Assembly (NCBI RefSeq): GCF_006345805.1
Contig: NC_043002.1
Span: 91,946,001 to 92,010,000, forward strand
DNA length: 64,000 bases
Origin: Octopus sinensis
Taxonomy: Eukaryota
Reading direction: 5' to 3'
In this document: positions 24,590-36,778 of the stretch, one piece after another
How the letters are laid out: every line of letters begins with the position of its first letter
Numbering within the stretch: the stretch's first letter is position 1
Notes under the pieces: model-generated
What the model was told of the DNA's origin: nothing
The model's input: only the letters and a program-made list of their open reading frames with translations
Databases searched by the model: none
Made by a program: the position numbers and the translations under genes

Positions 24590-25235
24590 GCTTGATAGTG
24601 CCTCCCTATCTGCATAGATAATGACTTCCCATCTCACTTAGTAGTGACCAACAGAGAATCCTAATTAAGAATCCTAAATGGTTCCTCTTGGATCTGACAG
24701 TAACTCACTATTTGTCCTGGTAGTAAATTCCTATTTGGCCGATAGTGATTCCTTATTTTACCTGTTAATGTTTCCTATTTGACAGTTAGTGTTTCCTATT
24801 TGACCTGAGATTAACTCTATTTGACCGCATAGTGACTTATGCAACCTTATATTGGTTCCTATTTGACCTGAGAGTGATTCCCTATTTGACCCGATAGTAA
24901 CTCCTTATCTAAGCTGACAGTATTTGTTATCAGGCCTGATAGCGAGTTTTTATTTGGCCGGAGAGTGACTCCTTATTTGACCTGATAGTGGTTCCTATTT
25001 GGCCTGATTGTGATTCCCTATTTGACCAGATGGTGGCTCATTTAACATGATACCAATTCGTATTTGGCTTGTAAGTGACTTCCTATTTGATGTGCTGCGA
25101 TTTACTTCCTATTTGGCCCAATATTGATTCCCTATTTAACCAGCTAGTGACTTAATTCACTTGATATTGGTTACTATTTGAACTGATAGTGTTAGCCTAT
25201 TTCAGTGGATACTAACTTGCTATTTAACTTGATGT
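24590..25235. repeat. Degenerate minisatellite, unit about 22-23 bp, consensus CCTATTTGACCTGATAGTGATT
   Basis: More than 20 recognisable ctattt(g/a) cores at roughly 22-bp spacing. Confidence 0.85.
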
Positions 25236-25397
25236 CTTTTTCTACTATCCGAGTTCCTGCTATAGATTAATTAAACCATTTGTCAAAATTAATTGCTGTC
25301 AGTATAATTTAATTAGCAGGTATGCGTGCACAAAATTGTTTTCACCTACGATTTTTAATTATGTAGCAATATAAGAAATCATTAGTCTGCTAGGAAA

Positions 25398-25620
25398 ACG
25401 CGATAAGCTGGCAGAATCGTTAGCACGAGGGACAAACTGCATCGCAGAATTTTTTCCGGCTTTACACTCTGAGTTCAAATTCCGCTGAGATCGACTTTAC
25501 TTTTTATCCTTTCGGGGTCGATGATATAAATACTAGTTGAGAACTGGAGCCAATGTAATCAATTAGCCCAACCTCATCAAAATTTCAGGCCTTGTGTTTA
25601 TTACAGTAGAAAGGATTATT
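25398..25620 (+). mobile_element. SINE-B
   Basis: gctggcagaatcgttagcac...ctgagttcaaattccgctgagatcgacttt...atcctttcggggtcgat...tttcaggccttgtg. Confidence 0.85.
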
Positions 25621-25919
25621 ATGCAAGCAACCGTTAATTACTTAGGCGGCGAATGAGGAAGCATCTATGCGAGCACTGGAACACTCTGAAATAGCAGCCA
25701 GATTTCTTTCAGTTCGTATCCTCCCGTTTTAATAAAAGGGAGGACTGTGGCTTTGGATACACAAAAAAGCGGGATGGGCAAGTTCGGAACGCCTTTGATT
25801 GTAGGTTTGCTACATCAGGGCTAACTTAGGAATATTAATAAAAAGAGTAAGGGGAAAAAGATCCTCTTCGATCATGACTGACCATGGGATTGCACCTAGA
25901 GAGTTCCCCGCTTCTACTA

Positions 25920-26193
25920 GGTCGACCTTGGTGGGATTTGAATTCAGAACGTAAATTCAGGCGAAAGACAATTAAGTATTTTGTCCGGCACAATAATGAT
26001 TCTGACGGTTTCAAATTTTGACACAAGGCCAATAATCTCGGGGAGTGGGTAAGACCATTGCACTGGTAATGGTCTTATTCTGTTTAGCTGGCGCTTATTT
26101 CATCCTTTCGGGATCTATGAAAAAAGTACTAGTTGTTCATTGGAGTGATGAAATCGGTTATCTCCCTTTTCCAAAATTTCAGGCCTTGTACCT

Positions 26194-26200
<7 letters not shown>
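25920..26200. mobile_element. Composite of SINE-B fragments in both orientations
   Basis: Minus head 25920-26010, tail 26010-26050, perfect 10-bp hairpin taagaccatt/aatggtctta (about 26050-26077), plus-strand 3' part 26095-26200 ending in (AAT)n. Confidence 0.7.
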
Positions 26201-26275
<75 letters not shown>

Positions 26276-26279
26276 TAAT

Positions 26280-26546
26280 GGGTGTTTCGTTCAACATCCT
26301 TAAACAACCCTTATTCAGGGACCGTTCGAGTGGGATGGGTTACTCGACCTGAAGAAAATTCTAACTGGACCCCACCTGCAAGGTCATGTGCTGTTTATTT
26401 TGATATGAGATCACCATGTCGCGCACATATGGTTGTGATGCATGTGCCTAGTGTACCCTTATCAGACGGGTAGTCATGATGGGTATACTGGGCTTCGTAT
26501 ATTTTACCCCAGTGTCACTTTGATGGCATGCACTGCTCTCTCACTC
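26280..26546. mobile_element. Second, truncated copy of the (AAT)n-embedded repeat
   Basis: Matches 5582-5848; (AAT)n on both sides. Confidence 0.85.
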
Positions 26547-26585
<39 letters not shown>

Positions 26586-26929
26586 TAAGTTTAGTATTGG
26601 ATACATTATGTCTTGAAAAAACGGTGGGTCGAACTCAGTACTTGTATTTTTGAAGTTACCACACAACCATGCCAGCGTCAACGGTAATTAAACAGGGTGT
26701 TCGAAAGAGGTCGGAGAAAGGAACGAAGCTGTCCTCAAACCGGAGATCTGGGCTGAATACTTGCAGCAAAACGGATTTACTTGAAGGTAAGTATTAATCC
26801 AAATGATAGATTAAATCTTTTCATCCCAAAACTCAAAAGACAAACGCCGCAAGTTATCTCGTCCGGTATTCTTAGTAAATTCATCCAATCCACCGCTTTG
26901 GACTGGAATTTTATAGTATAGTGTCCGAA

Positions 26930-27035
26930 AACATAGAAGTCGAAGATGACCTCGGAGGAATTTGAACAGACAGTGCAGGGATCCGGAACAAATACTCTAA
27001 ATTGATTTGTCCTAAATTCTAACCGTTCCGCCAAT
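26930..27035 (-). mobile_element. SINE-B degenerate fragment
   Basis: gacctcggaggaatttgaac...ctaaccgttccgcca. Confidence 0.6.
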
Positions 27036-28360
27036 TCACTTTTGATCAATGCATCAGGCATAGAAATAAAATGAAATACAATTGATTCATGTGATATATC
27101 TCTTTCAATATTAACTGGAACGTTATAAACTTCATAAGAACCAGATGGTGCCATCTGCACTAAATTTCCTCATCGACCAACTTATGCGTTCCCAAAAGGA
27201 GACATTTTATTATATTACTTAACAGAAAATGCTTCGACTCTGAAAATAGAAATTCCTGAAACACGCTCCACCATTACGTAGATCATTCTACTGAAGCATG
27301 TATCACCACCATTATGTACACCCGCATATTTTAACATGCACACCTACCATTATATGCATCCTCTTAAGCATAATGTCTGACACGGACATTACACTAATAC
27401 TTCTGTAAACCCCAAATATCAACACATACATATAATAGATGGAGAAAGCATTAACACTTTTCAATGAATTGATTCTAGCAGCAATAGCAGCAGGAGCAGA
27501 ACCACACTGGCACATACAATAGATAATACAACTACAAAAAAACATGTACATAAACAAAGCTTCCAACAGTCTATTGTGATAATATTTTGATGATAGAGTC
27601 ACGTGACCGTGACATGTCGAGAGAGTGAAGCAGGGAGAACGTTTTGTCTTCAGAATAACAACAAAGAAATTAATTAAGAACTCGAAAATATTAAAAAAAT
27701 GTAATAACAGTGAAACAGAACAAAGTAGTGCTGTAATTAAATATATCTATAAATAGGGCGACAATTGGTATTCACGTCCAATTCCATTCCGTTATGTATT
27801 CGGATGAAATGTTTAACCCTGAATTAACCAAAAATGTTTAACGAACGAAAACAAAAGCACCATTTTCTCTGCATATGGTGATCAGTACATTTAATCTATT
27901 TTGCACTAATAACTAATATAGCCTCGAAAATTTCAATGAAATTGTGTTGCTATTTTACTATACAAGAGTGAATGCAGAAACAATCAATGTTGCAATGTTT
28001 TAATACTGCATTTAGTTTATCGTGTAACCTTAAGTGATATTGAACGGCGTTTTTTTCTTTAACTCATTTAGAATTTACTCCAATTCAGAATAGGTCCCAG
28101 GATACAATGGTTTACGCATTTACGTATCGTTCTCTAAACTGAATTGCAATTTTATTTTCTTTAAAAAAAATACATTTGCATAACGGGCTGATCAACGACC
28201 TACGAGCAAATTACGCACGCTGGGATCTCATTCAGCAAGCGAACTGAAATTTGAACAAGCCACGAGAAGACGGCGCATATAAATAGATGGGAGACTTTGT
28301 ACAAACTGTCCGTTGTCATCCATGTTTACGTTTCATGAAGCGTGCATATTATAAATATAA

Positions 28361-28572
28361 CGGTTTCAAATTTTGGCGCAGGGCCACCTGATTTTTGAAT
28401 GGAGGAGGAAATCGATTATATCGATTCTAGTATTTGACTGGTACTTACTTTATCGACCCCGAAAGGATGAAAGGCAAAGTTAACCTCAGTGGAATTTGAA
28501 CTCAGAATGTTAAAGGCGGATGAAATGCAGTCAAACATCAGACGTGCAAACAAATCTACCAGTTCGCCGCCT
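28361..28572 (-). mobile_element. SINE-B, full length
   Basis: tttcaaattttggcgcagggcc...tttatcgaccccgaaaggatgaaaggcaaagtt...ccagttcgccgcct. Confidence 0.9.
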
Positions 28573-29204
28573 TATATATATTTCATATATTTTGCTAAAA
28601 GGAAAAAGCATACACACATACACATACACATATACACATATACACACACACAATGTATATAAACTTAGGTATATTCTCTCGATGGGTGTAGAAACAGAAT
28701 ATCATTTCAAAAATTTACGTGGAATCTAGTGTCGCTTGGAACAGGTTACTTATTTCAATTACTCATGTAAAGAACATTTTGGTTAACGAGCAGAGCTCCT
28801 GGACGGAGTTTCTATACAGCGACCTTACACTGTATATTATTCTGAATAAAGTATGGTGAATAGAATCTAAATGTTAACTGGTGTGAGAATAGGAATTTTG
28901 TTCAGGATGAGAGATAGAATGGGATGATAGTTATATGAAGTGTGGTTAGTATGCAATCCAGTGTGTGTAGCAATCCAGAAGAGCTATAGTGACCCGGAAG
29001 TGTGTTTGAAACGCTTTGATTTTGGATTTTACCTATTTCCTTAATTTGCTGGGTGATAGCAACATTTCAAAAGAGGAAAAAACTAAGTTTTTTTTTTCTA
29101 AGCATTTTATATATTACTTAATAATCTTTGATATAATCGTATCGGTTTCTTGGCTTCGAAAGTTCTAAGATACTAAAGCGAATACCGAAGCCTTCAATGA
29201 AGCA

Positions 29205-29370
29205 ACCAAACATGGCGTAAATTCTGGCGCCATGTTGTTAATGGTGATGCGGTACGTAGTAACGGCGGAGAATGACGACAGACTGCGCAAAAAAAGAAAC
29301 AAAGAAAAATTGCTTTCCATTTTATAAAAGATTATATGTCGAGTGGGTAGATGCGCATGCGCATGGCCGA
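29205..29370. promoter_or_regulatory. Candidate housekeeping-type promoter patch (NRF1 plus two YY1-like motifs)
   Basis: Perfect TGCGCATGCGCA at 29352-63; AACATGGCG at 29209-17 and inverted CGCCATGTT at 29228-36; locally CpG-rich, non-repeat context. Confidence 0.45.
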
Positions 29371-29528
29371 TATCTGAATAGACCGATAATTCTTTGATTG
29401 TATACTTGTGATTATGGGATTTTGTGCCTGAAATATATAAGGTTATTAAATTTATTCCTTTTTCCGCATTGTAAGAAACTCTCCGTCTTTGCACAATGCT
29501 TCAAGCATGCTGCATTGCTCTTCTTCCA

Positions 29529-29567
<39 letters not shown>

Positions 29568-30510
29568 ATACACACACACACACACTCAGATACACACACA
29601 CACACACAAAGATACACGCATACATATACAGAAATACATTCACCCACTTGCAGACACAAATGCGCACACATACACACACACATACATATATTCACGTATA
29701 CACAATACATTAATCAGTTAATTAATTCTGAAGATTGACACATCGTTCACTCTTTCAGCTGCTACAAACAAGTTAACTAATCTTGACGAGGTTTTAACGA
29801 AAAGGAATTTACTGCATCCAAAGTTATAACCTGTTTTCCGGTAACCCTATAGTTTAAACTTTGACACCTATTTTCTCCGAGCGACTAAATATCTGGTTAT
29901 GAAATATACGGCTGTAATTATTGGTTTGTAAATTTAATCTCATGTTCGTTGTATCGCTGCTTCAATTAATATACGCAGTCAACTTTACACTGCTATAAAT
30001 AAAAATGTGATTAGATTCTTTCTGAACTCGATAATATTTTCCAAAAGTAGTTAAAACTTTCCTTCAGCAGCTAGGAGAAACTAAGTGAAACATGGCAGAG
30101 CTTTAACGAAAACCGAAACTAGTCGATCGTATCATTCATTGAGTGTTCTTTCTTTATTTTTTACTTTTCAGTCAAGAGGGAATGTAGTGACCATTATCCT
30201 TTACAAGACCTCTGAGATTGATGAGAGACATGAGAAGGAGGAGGGAAGGTATCCACAAATTAGAGACTAGGATCTAGTTTTTTGTTGTACGGAGAGTATT
30301 CTGTTCACAGCATCCAAGGTGCTAGTGAGTGGTGTTAAAAAGCGCGAATGATTAATTCTAATTCCTGTGTAGGCCAGAGCAGATGTTTAACTCAGAATGC
30401 AAATTGTCAGAAATTCGGAAGGCATCCGTTTGAACATACTTACAGCTCTACCAATGCACTACCCCAAGTGGGATGGCGGAACTATAAGAGTGTATAACGT
30501 GACGCCTTGT

Positions 30511-30543
<33 letters not shown>

Positions 30544-30620
30544 TGCACATACATACATACATACATACATACACGCACGTACAAGTACACACATACACAT
30601 GCACACACAAACATATTCAC

Positions 30621-31745
30621 ACAGTCACTATCTCAGTGAAAGAATTGCAACCCTGGTATAGGAGAAAGAGTACACACCCTGCTAAAGTCGAAGAATCATA
30701 ACGGATATTTAACCTGCAAAACTATACTTTTCAATAAATGCATCCATTTTATCCAATTGGAAAATACCTACTACGCCGAGATGACCACAACTCTCCTGGC
30801 AGCCCAACATATGCATACAAAACATGTACAGCAAATTTGTACACAAAACTTGTTTTATACACAAGCATATCGTACACCTCTACACTTCAATATTGGGTAT
30901 TACAACGTACCACCCCATTGATATACCGATGCACTAAATTATTCCAAGCGCCCTCTACAATACACCCATAAAAAATAACACAAATATTTGAGGAAATTTG
31001 ACACAACACAACATGATTTCACGATAATTTCTCATCTATTTAATAAAAGTAATCATTCGCAGATTTTGAAATGACATAATTTCTGAAAACCCAAAGGTGA
31101 TGACTTACGTTTTGCAATAATAATTAGGTGTGCCTAAGCGAAATATCTTCCGCCTCGCATGAAATTTAAGTAGTTTCTCACATGTAAGATAATGTTTTTA
31201 AAATGCTTATACTTATCAACTGTACCGAATGTAATATTTTGCTGATGCTATCCACAAAGGAAGAACAATTGATCTCGACAGTATTTAAGCTCAGAGAGGA
31301 AAGTGTAAGAACAAATACTCAAGGCATTCATTCTATCCAGCGTTCTAAGAATACTGTCAATTTGCCGCCTCCATGGCTGAGGTGAACGTTAATCTGTCAA
31401 TCTGATACAAGGATCCACAATTTTAAGTGCTTATAATGATATATTTGCTAAGAAATGGTTTTAAAGAGAAAACGATATACTGAGCAACATGCATTCCTTT
31501 GAATATTGTCTCTTGGGATTACATATTCAAGATATGCTGTCGAAATAGTTGCCCACTCGATAATTATAAATTTAAGAAGTGAGCCATTAGAAAAGATAAT
31601 TAGAAACTCATAATTAAAGATCCCCACATAGAATATCATGTCACAGTTCATCTTTTATTCATGCAATGGGTTCCACACTTGTCTTCCGAAGTATGTTTTT
31701 ATTTAACTAATCTATCATTGTATCTCTCTGTTTAATCTATCTTAT
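30621..31745. repeat. Copy 1 of an about 1.1-kb tandemly duplicated non-simple sequence
   Basis: Colinear with 32262-33486 (e.g. cctgctaaagtcgaagaa, ctcagagaggaaagtgt, ccattagaaaagataattagaaac). Confidence 0.92.
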
Positions 31746-32261
31746 TTGCTCCCCTACCTACCTACCTACCTACCTACATACATACATACATACATACATA
31801 CATACATACATACATACATACATACATACATACATACCTATCTATTTATCTATCTTATCCAATACATCCATTGATCTTTATGTCTATCCGCTCTCTCTCC
31901 ACCTCACACCTTCTCTCTCCATCTCTATCTCTTGCTTTCTCTCTCCCTCCCTCTCTCTTGCTTTCTTTCTATTTCTCCCTCCCTCTCTCTCTCTCTCTGT
32001 GCATCCGTATGTCCGAACATTCGTAAACATATCCTTGCCAGTTAAATTGTCATTACAGCTCCCCCTACATGTGCTAGGTACTACATTCTTTCGCTTCTTG
32101 ACCTAACTGCACACAGACAAACACACGCACACACAAATGCACACACACACACACACAAAAACACAGACACACACATACATACAAACACACACTTGAACAC
32201 ATATATACACACACATATCCACATATGCGAAATACACACTCACAGAAATAAACGCACAAAT

Positions 32262-33486
32262 ACAGTCATTGTCTCGATTAAAGAACCGCAATCCTTGTAT
32301 AGAGATAAGAGCACACATCCTGCTAAAGTCGAAGAACCACAGCAGATATTTCAATTCCAAGGCTAAAGTTTTAGTTAATGTCAGTATATGTATTTCATCC
32401 AATTGGAAAAAATCTCTAACGTCAAGATGACCCCACCACAAATCTCCAAGCAACCGAACTTATGTACACTCACTTGTACAGCAAATATTGTACACAAAAC
32501 TTGTTCAAAACACATGCATAACGTTCACTTCTACATTTCAATTTTAGGAATAACGTGCCTCCTCACCTACATCGCAATACAGTAAAATATTCCAAAATCC
32601 CACACGCATGAAATTAACACAAACACTTAAAGAAAATCGACGCAACATAGCGTGTCCACCAGACAATTTCTCATTAATCATTTGTAGGTTTTGAAATAAA
32701 CTAATTTCTGAAAATCCAAGGGTGATAACTTACACTTTACAATGATCATTAGATGCGCCTTCCAGAAGAGACATTCATTCTAAATAAATTTTTATTAAGA
32801 TAATAACATGTCATACCGGCAGCCATTTTGTGAATAAACTTGAAGGTTGTTAGAATAAGATACAGTGAAATTGATGTAAGGTAAGCCAAATGCCTTCCGC
32901 CTAGCATGAAATTTAAGTAGCTTCAGACACATAGATAATGATTTTAAAATGCTTATACCTATCAAATGTACCGAATGCAATATTTTGCTAATACTACCAA
33001 CAAACGCAGATCAATTGACCTCAGCAATATTTGAGCTCAGAGAGGAAAGTGTGAGAACAAATACTCAAGGCAGTCCATCCAGCGTTCTAAGAATACAGTC
33101 AATTTGCGGCCTCCATTGCTTGGATCAATGTTAATCTGTCGGTCAGGTACAAGGATCCACAATTTTAAATGCTTATAATGATATATTTGCTAAGAAACGG
33201 TTTTAAAGAGAAAGCGATATACTGAACAACTTGCATTCCTTTGAATATTGTCTCTTGGGATTACATATTCATGATATACTGTCGAAATAGTTACCCACTC
33301 GATATTATAAATTTAAGAAGTGAGCCATTAGAAAAGATAATTAGAAACTTATAATTAAAGATCGCCACATACAATATCATGTCACTGTTCATCTTTTATT
33401 CAAGCAATGGGTTCCACACTTGTCTTCCGAAATATTTTTTTATTTACCTAATCCGTCATTCTATTTGTCTGTTTAATCTATCTTAT
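32262..33486. repeat. Copy 2 of the tandem duplication, with an extra segment at about 32760-32881
   Basis: See copy 1; many substitutions, so not a recent collapse or expansion artefact. Confidence 0.92.
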
Positions 33487-33614
33487 CTATATATTTTGCT
33501 ATCTATCTATCTATCTATCTGTCTGTTTATCTGTCTGTCTATTCGCCTGTCTGTCTGTTCGTCTGTTACGTATATATATATATATATATATACACACACA
33601 TCTATATATGTATA

Positions 33615-33775
33615 GTTGGAATTTACAAAAAAAAAAGACAAACAAAACAAAAGACGAAGACGCGTGTCTAAACAACACACAGATGTATTAGTTTAACGCT
33701 CGGGAAGTGAGAATGTCTTTTACATTTCGAGTCTACGCTCTTCAACAGAAAGGAACATAGAAACAAACAGAGAGA
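33615..33775 (-). mobile_element. PLE-like pseudo-LTR remnant
   Basis: Minus strand ctttctgttgaagagcgtagactcgaaatgtaaaagacattctcacttcccgagcgttaaactaatac..., with a decayed hammerhead-like core; same family as 17035-17105 and 21058-21098. Confidence 0.55.
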
Positions 33776-33862
33776 GAAAATGAAAATGTTTTAGTGGCTA
33801 GCGATCAATCATGCGTGTGCGTGCGTGTATGTATATATGTGTGTATATATATAAATATGTAT

Positions 33863-33910
<48 letters not shown>

Positions 33911-34924
33911 AGGAAAAGAAAGACGCAATCAAGAAACAACTGGAAGTGCATTGTGATCAGTTATTGTCCGATATACATACATACACACACAACATATATA
34001 CATACATACATACACACATACATACATACATAACATACATACATACATAAGCAGATACCTACATGTATGTACATACGTATGTACATACGTATGTACCTAT
34101 GTTTATTGGAAAAATGCTTTACACCGTTACTTCAGAATATTCATGTTTGTGTCTGCGTGTGTGTATGTGTGTGCGTATGTCCGTGCGTGCGTGCGTGCGT
34201 GTGTGTGCGCCTGCGTGTTTGTCCATATTCCAGTATACATACAAATGCACTGTGAACAAATGATATTACAGTTCTCCTAAAACCAGTTCTCTAATGCTGG
34301 TGCGAATCAAGTGTACTTACTTAACATCACTCACCAGTCATTATCAGCTAGCTCTTGTGGACAGTAGTGAGAACAAATTTTTCCCTGACACACAAATACG
34401 CTACCACATTTGATCGGGGAAAAATAATAGCACCACAGCCCACTAGGCGGTCGTCTAGCGATGATTAGCTGCCAACAATATCCTGTCAATCACAGTATGT
34501 GCCAGTCTGTTTTTCTATGAACGGATAACGGATATTTGTGTGTTTCGTTATATGTTACAAGTGTAAATTATAATGTGCATGCGTATGATGTGTGCATGAG
34601 TGAATGTGAATGTGACTGTGTAACTGTTTCTCTTTGTGTGTGTGTGTGTGTGTGTATGAGTGCCTGTGTGTGTGTTTCTCTGTGTGTGTGTGCGTGAGTG
34701 TTTCAAAGTCAGTGGCCATCTTTTAATCAGATAGGGACGCTCGGTGTTTGATTGCTATATCGACCAAATAATTAAAAGAAGATATTGAAATAGAGCGTTG
34801 CTAGTGTGTTAAATCACATGTTGTGTGAGAGGTTGGTGTGAAAAACAATAAAAACTCTCAATTGACAGATGTTCGGTCGTTTTTAACAGCATTATGCTGA
34901 GCAAGGAATACAGATTTGTTGTAT

Positions 34925-35008
<84 letters not shown>

Positions 35009-35296
35009 GGGAGGAAAAAGAGTATCTACATAGAGACGATAATGTAAAAAGACTGGTGCCTAAGAATGGATTTAACAATTATACTAAATCTTGCTCGGTG
35101 CATTAGAGTACTCTACTTTATGGTAAAATATTTTATTCCATCGAAGATACTAAGTTCGTGTTTAGCGAACAGGGTCAATTACTTGACGTAAAGTATTATA
35201 AAGGTTATAAGTGGTAATTTAAAAGATCTCAAATGACTGTCTTTGTTGTTATGTAAAAGATATTGGCATAATCTCTTTTAATAATCTATATATATA

Positions 35297-35525
35297 CCGT
35301 AAGTCCTTGAGTATAATCCGCATTTTTTTCTCAAAATTTAAAGGTCAAAATTCCTAGTTCATACTATATACGAGGTTAAAAATGAAAATTATTTTCTAAG
35401 CAATGTCTACGTCTCTATTTGCTGTCCGGCAATGTTTATTCAGATACATTTTTGATGTCAGGCGCAAAAATATCTTAAACTAAGCCTGAAAGCAATGAAG
35501 TCATAAAAGAATCATCCATAACTGT
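35297..35525. mobile_element. Partial pogo-like MITE (inverted relative to 22254-22728)
   Basis: ta-ccgtaagtccttgagtataatccgcattttt...aaaagaatcatccataact. Confidence 0.8.
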
Positions 35526-35947
35526 GACGTAAAGATGACGTGATGAGATATGCACCGATTGGTTGTATTATATTTGACAATAAGATTGCGCAGTTTATTC
35601 CACTTTTAGTAAATATTGTAAAGCATTTCGTCCGGCACTCTAATGTTTCTGTCTTATACGCAAACATTGATAACAAAGTCAGCAATGTTTTGATACCTGT
35701 TTTTTTTTTATTTTTTATCACATCATTTACTGTAAATTTCCATTTATTATATGTATTCCCTCTCACTCCTAACAAATATGAAGATTAAAATTAGTGATGT
35801 GTATTATGTATGGTTTTAGGGACGCGTATAATACATTTTAGGCTACATAATTATCCCTATTTTCATTTATTAATATAAAGCACAAAAATCTAATAAAGCT
35901 CTAATAAATTATTATTATTATTATTCATTATATATAAAATGAAATAT

Positions 35948-36379
35948 TGATTTCAAATTTTGGCACAGTGCCAGCAATTTCGAGGGAAGGGATAAGTCGA
36001 TTACATCGACCTCAATGTTAAGCTGATACTTATTTTATCGATCCCGGATGGATGAAAGACAAAGTCGACATCGGAAGAATTTGAAGACCGGCGAAAGGTT
36101 TAACAGCATTTCGTCCGGCGTGCTAACGATTTTACCAGCACACCGATATTTCATTTTATTATATAAAATGAAATATCGGTTGCCACTTTTGGTACAAATC
36201 TAGTTAAGTCGATTATATCGACCTCAGTTCTCAACTGCTACTTATCTTATCGACCCTGGAAGGATGATAGGCAAGGTCCACATCAGTGGAATTTGAACTC
36301 ATAGAGTAAAAGCGGACGAAATGACGTTTAGCTTTTTGCCCAGCGTTCTAACGATTCTTCCAGCTCACCACCTTATGTA
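35948..36379 (-). mobile_element. Two SINE-B copies head-to-tail
   Basis: Bounded and separated by tatataaaatgaaatat at 35931, 36160 and 36380. Confidence 0.9.
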
Positions 36380-36431
36380 TATATAAAATGAAATATTAAA
36401 AAGCTGCATATTAGAATATAGTAGATTATCT

Positions 36432-36603
36432 ATGCATAGAAGTGGCTGTGTGGTAAGTAGCTTGCTTACCAACCACATGGTTCCGGGTTCAGTCCCACTG
36501 CGTGGCACCTTGGGCAAATGTCTTCTGCTATAGCCTCAGGCCGACCAAAGCCTTGTGAGTGGATTTGGTAGACGGAAGCTGAAAAAAGCCAGTCGTATAT
36601 ATG

Positions 36604-36676
<73 letters not shown>

Positions 36677-36778
36677 TTTGTGCGTCTGTATTTGTCCCCC
36701 CAACATTGCTCGACTAAAGGCGGTGCTCCAGCATGGCCACAGTCAAATGACTGAAACAAGTAAACGAGTAAAAGAGTA
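36432..36778 (+). mobile_element. SINE-A, full length with a deletion in the 3' part
   Basis: agtggctgtgtggtaagtagcttgc...ggttccgggttcagtccc...aaatgactgaaacaagtaaacgagtaaaagag. Confidence 0.92.

Noticed and set aside
24590-25235. CRISPR-like array
   Set aside because: Units are contiguous and degenerate with no unique spacers; eukaryotic context and no cas genes.
26656-26786. Candidate coding exon: ATG at 26669, 39 open codons, AAG|GTAAGT donor
   Set aside because: The ATG region (ttaccacacaaccatgccagcg) looks like a reversed SINE-A head, the acceptor is weak and the peptide has no recognisable homology.
26777-27160. 127-aa minus-strand ORF
   Set aside because: It runs through a degenerate SINE-B fragment; no recognisable domain.
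28278-28285. TATAAATA box (another at about 27748)
   Set aside because: Common by chance in AT-rich DNA, with no convincing initiator or downstream exon.
33695-33755. Functional hammerhead in the minus-strand pLTR remnant
   Set aside because: The core register is ambiguous, stem II has a mismatch and stem I does not pair. Kept only as a pLTR remnant.
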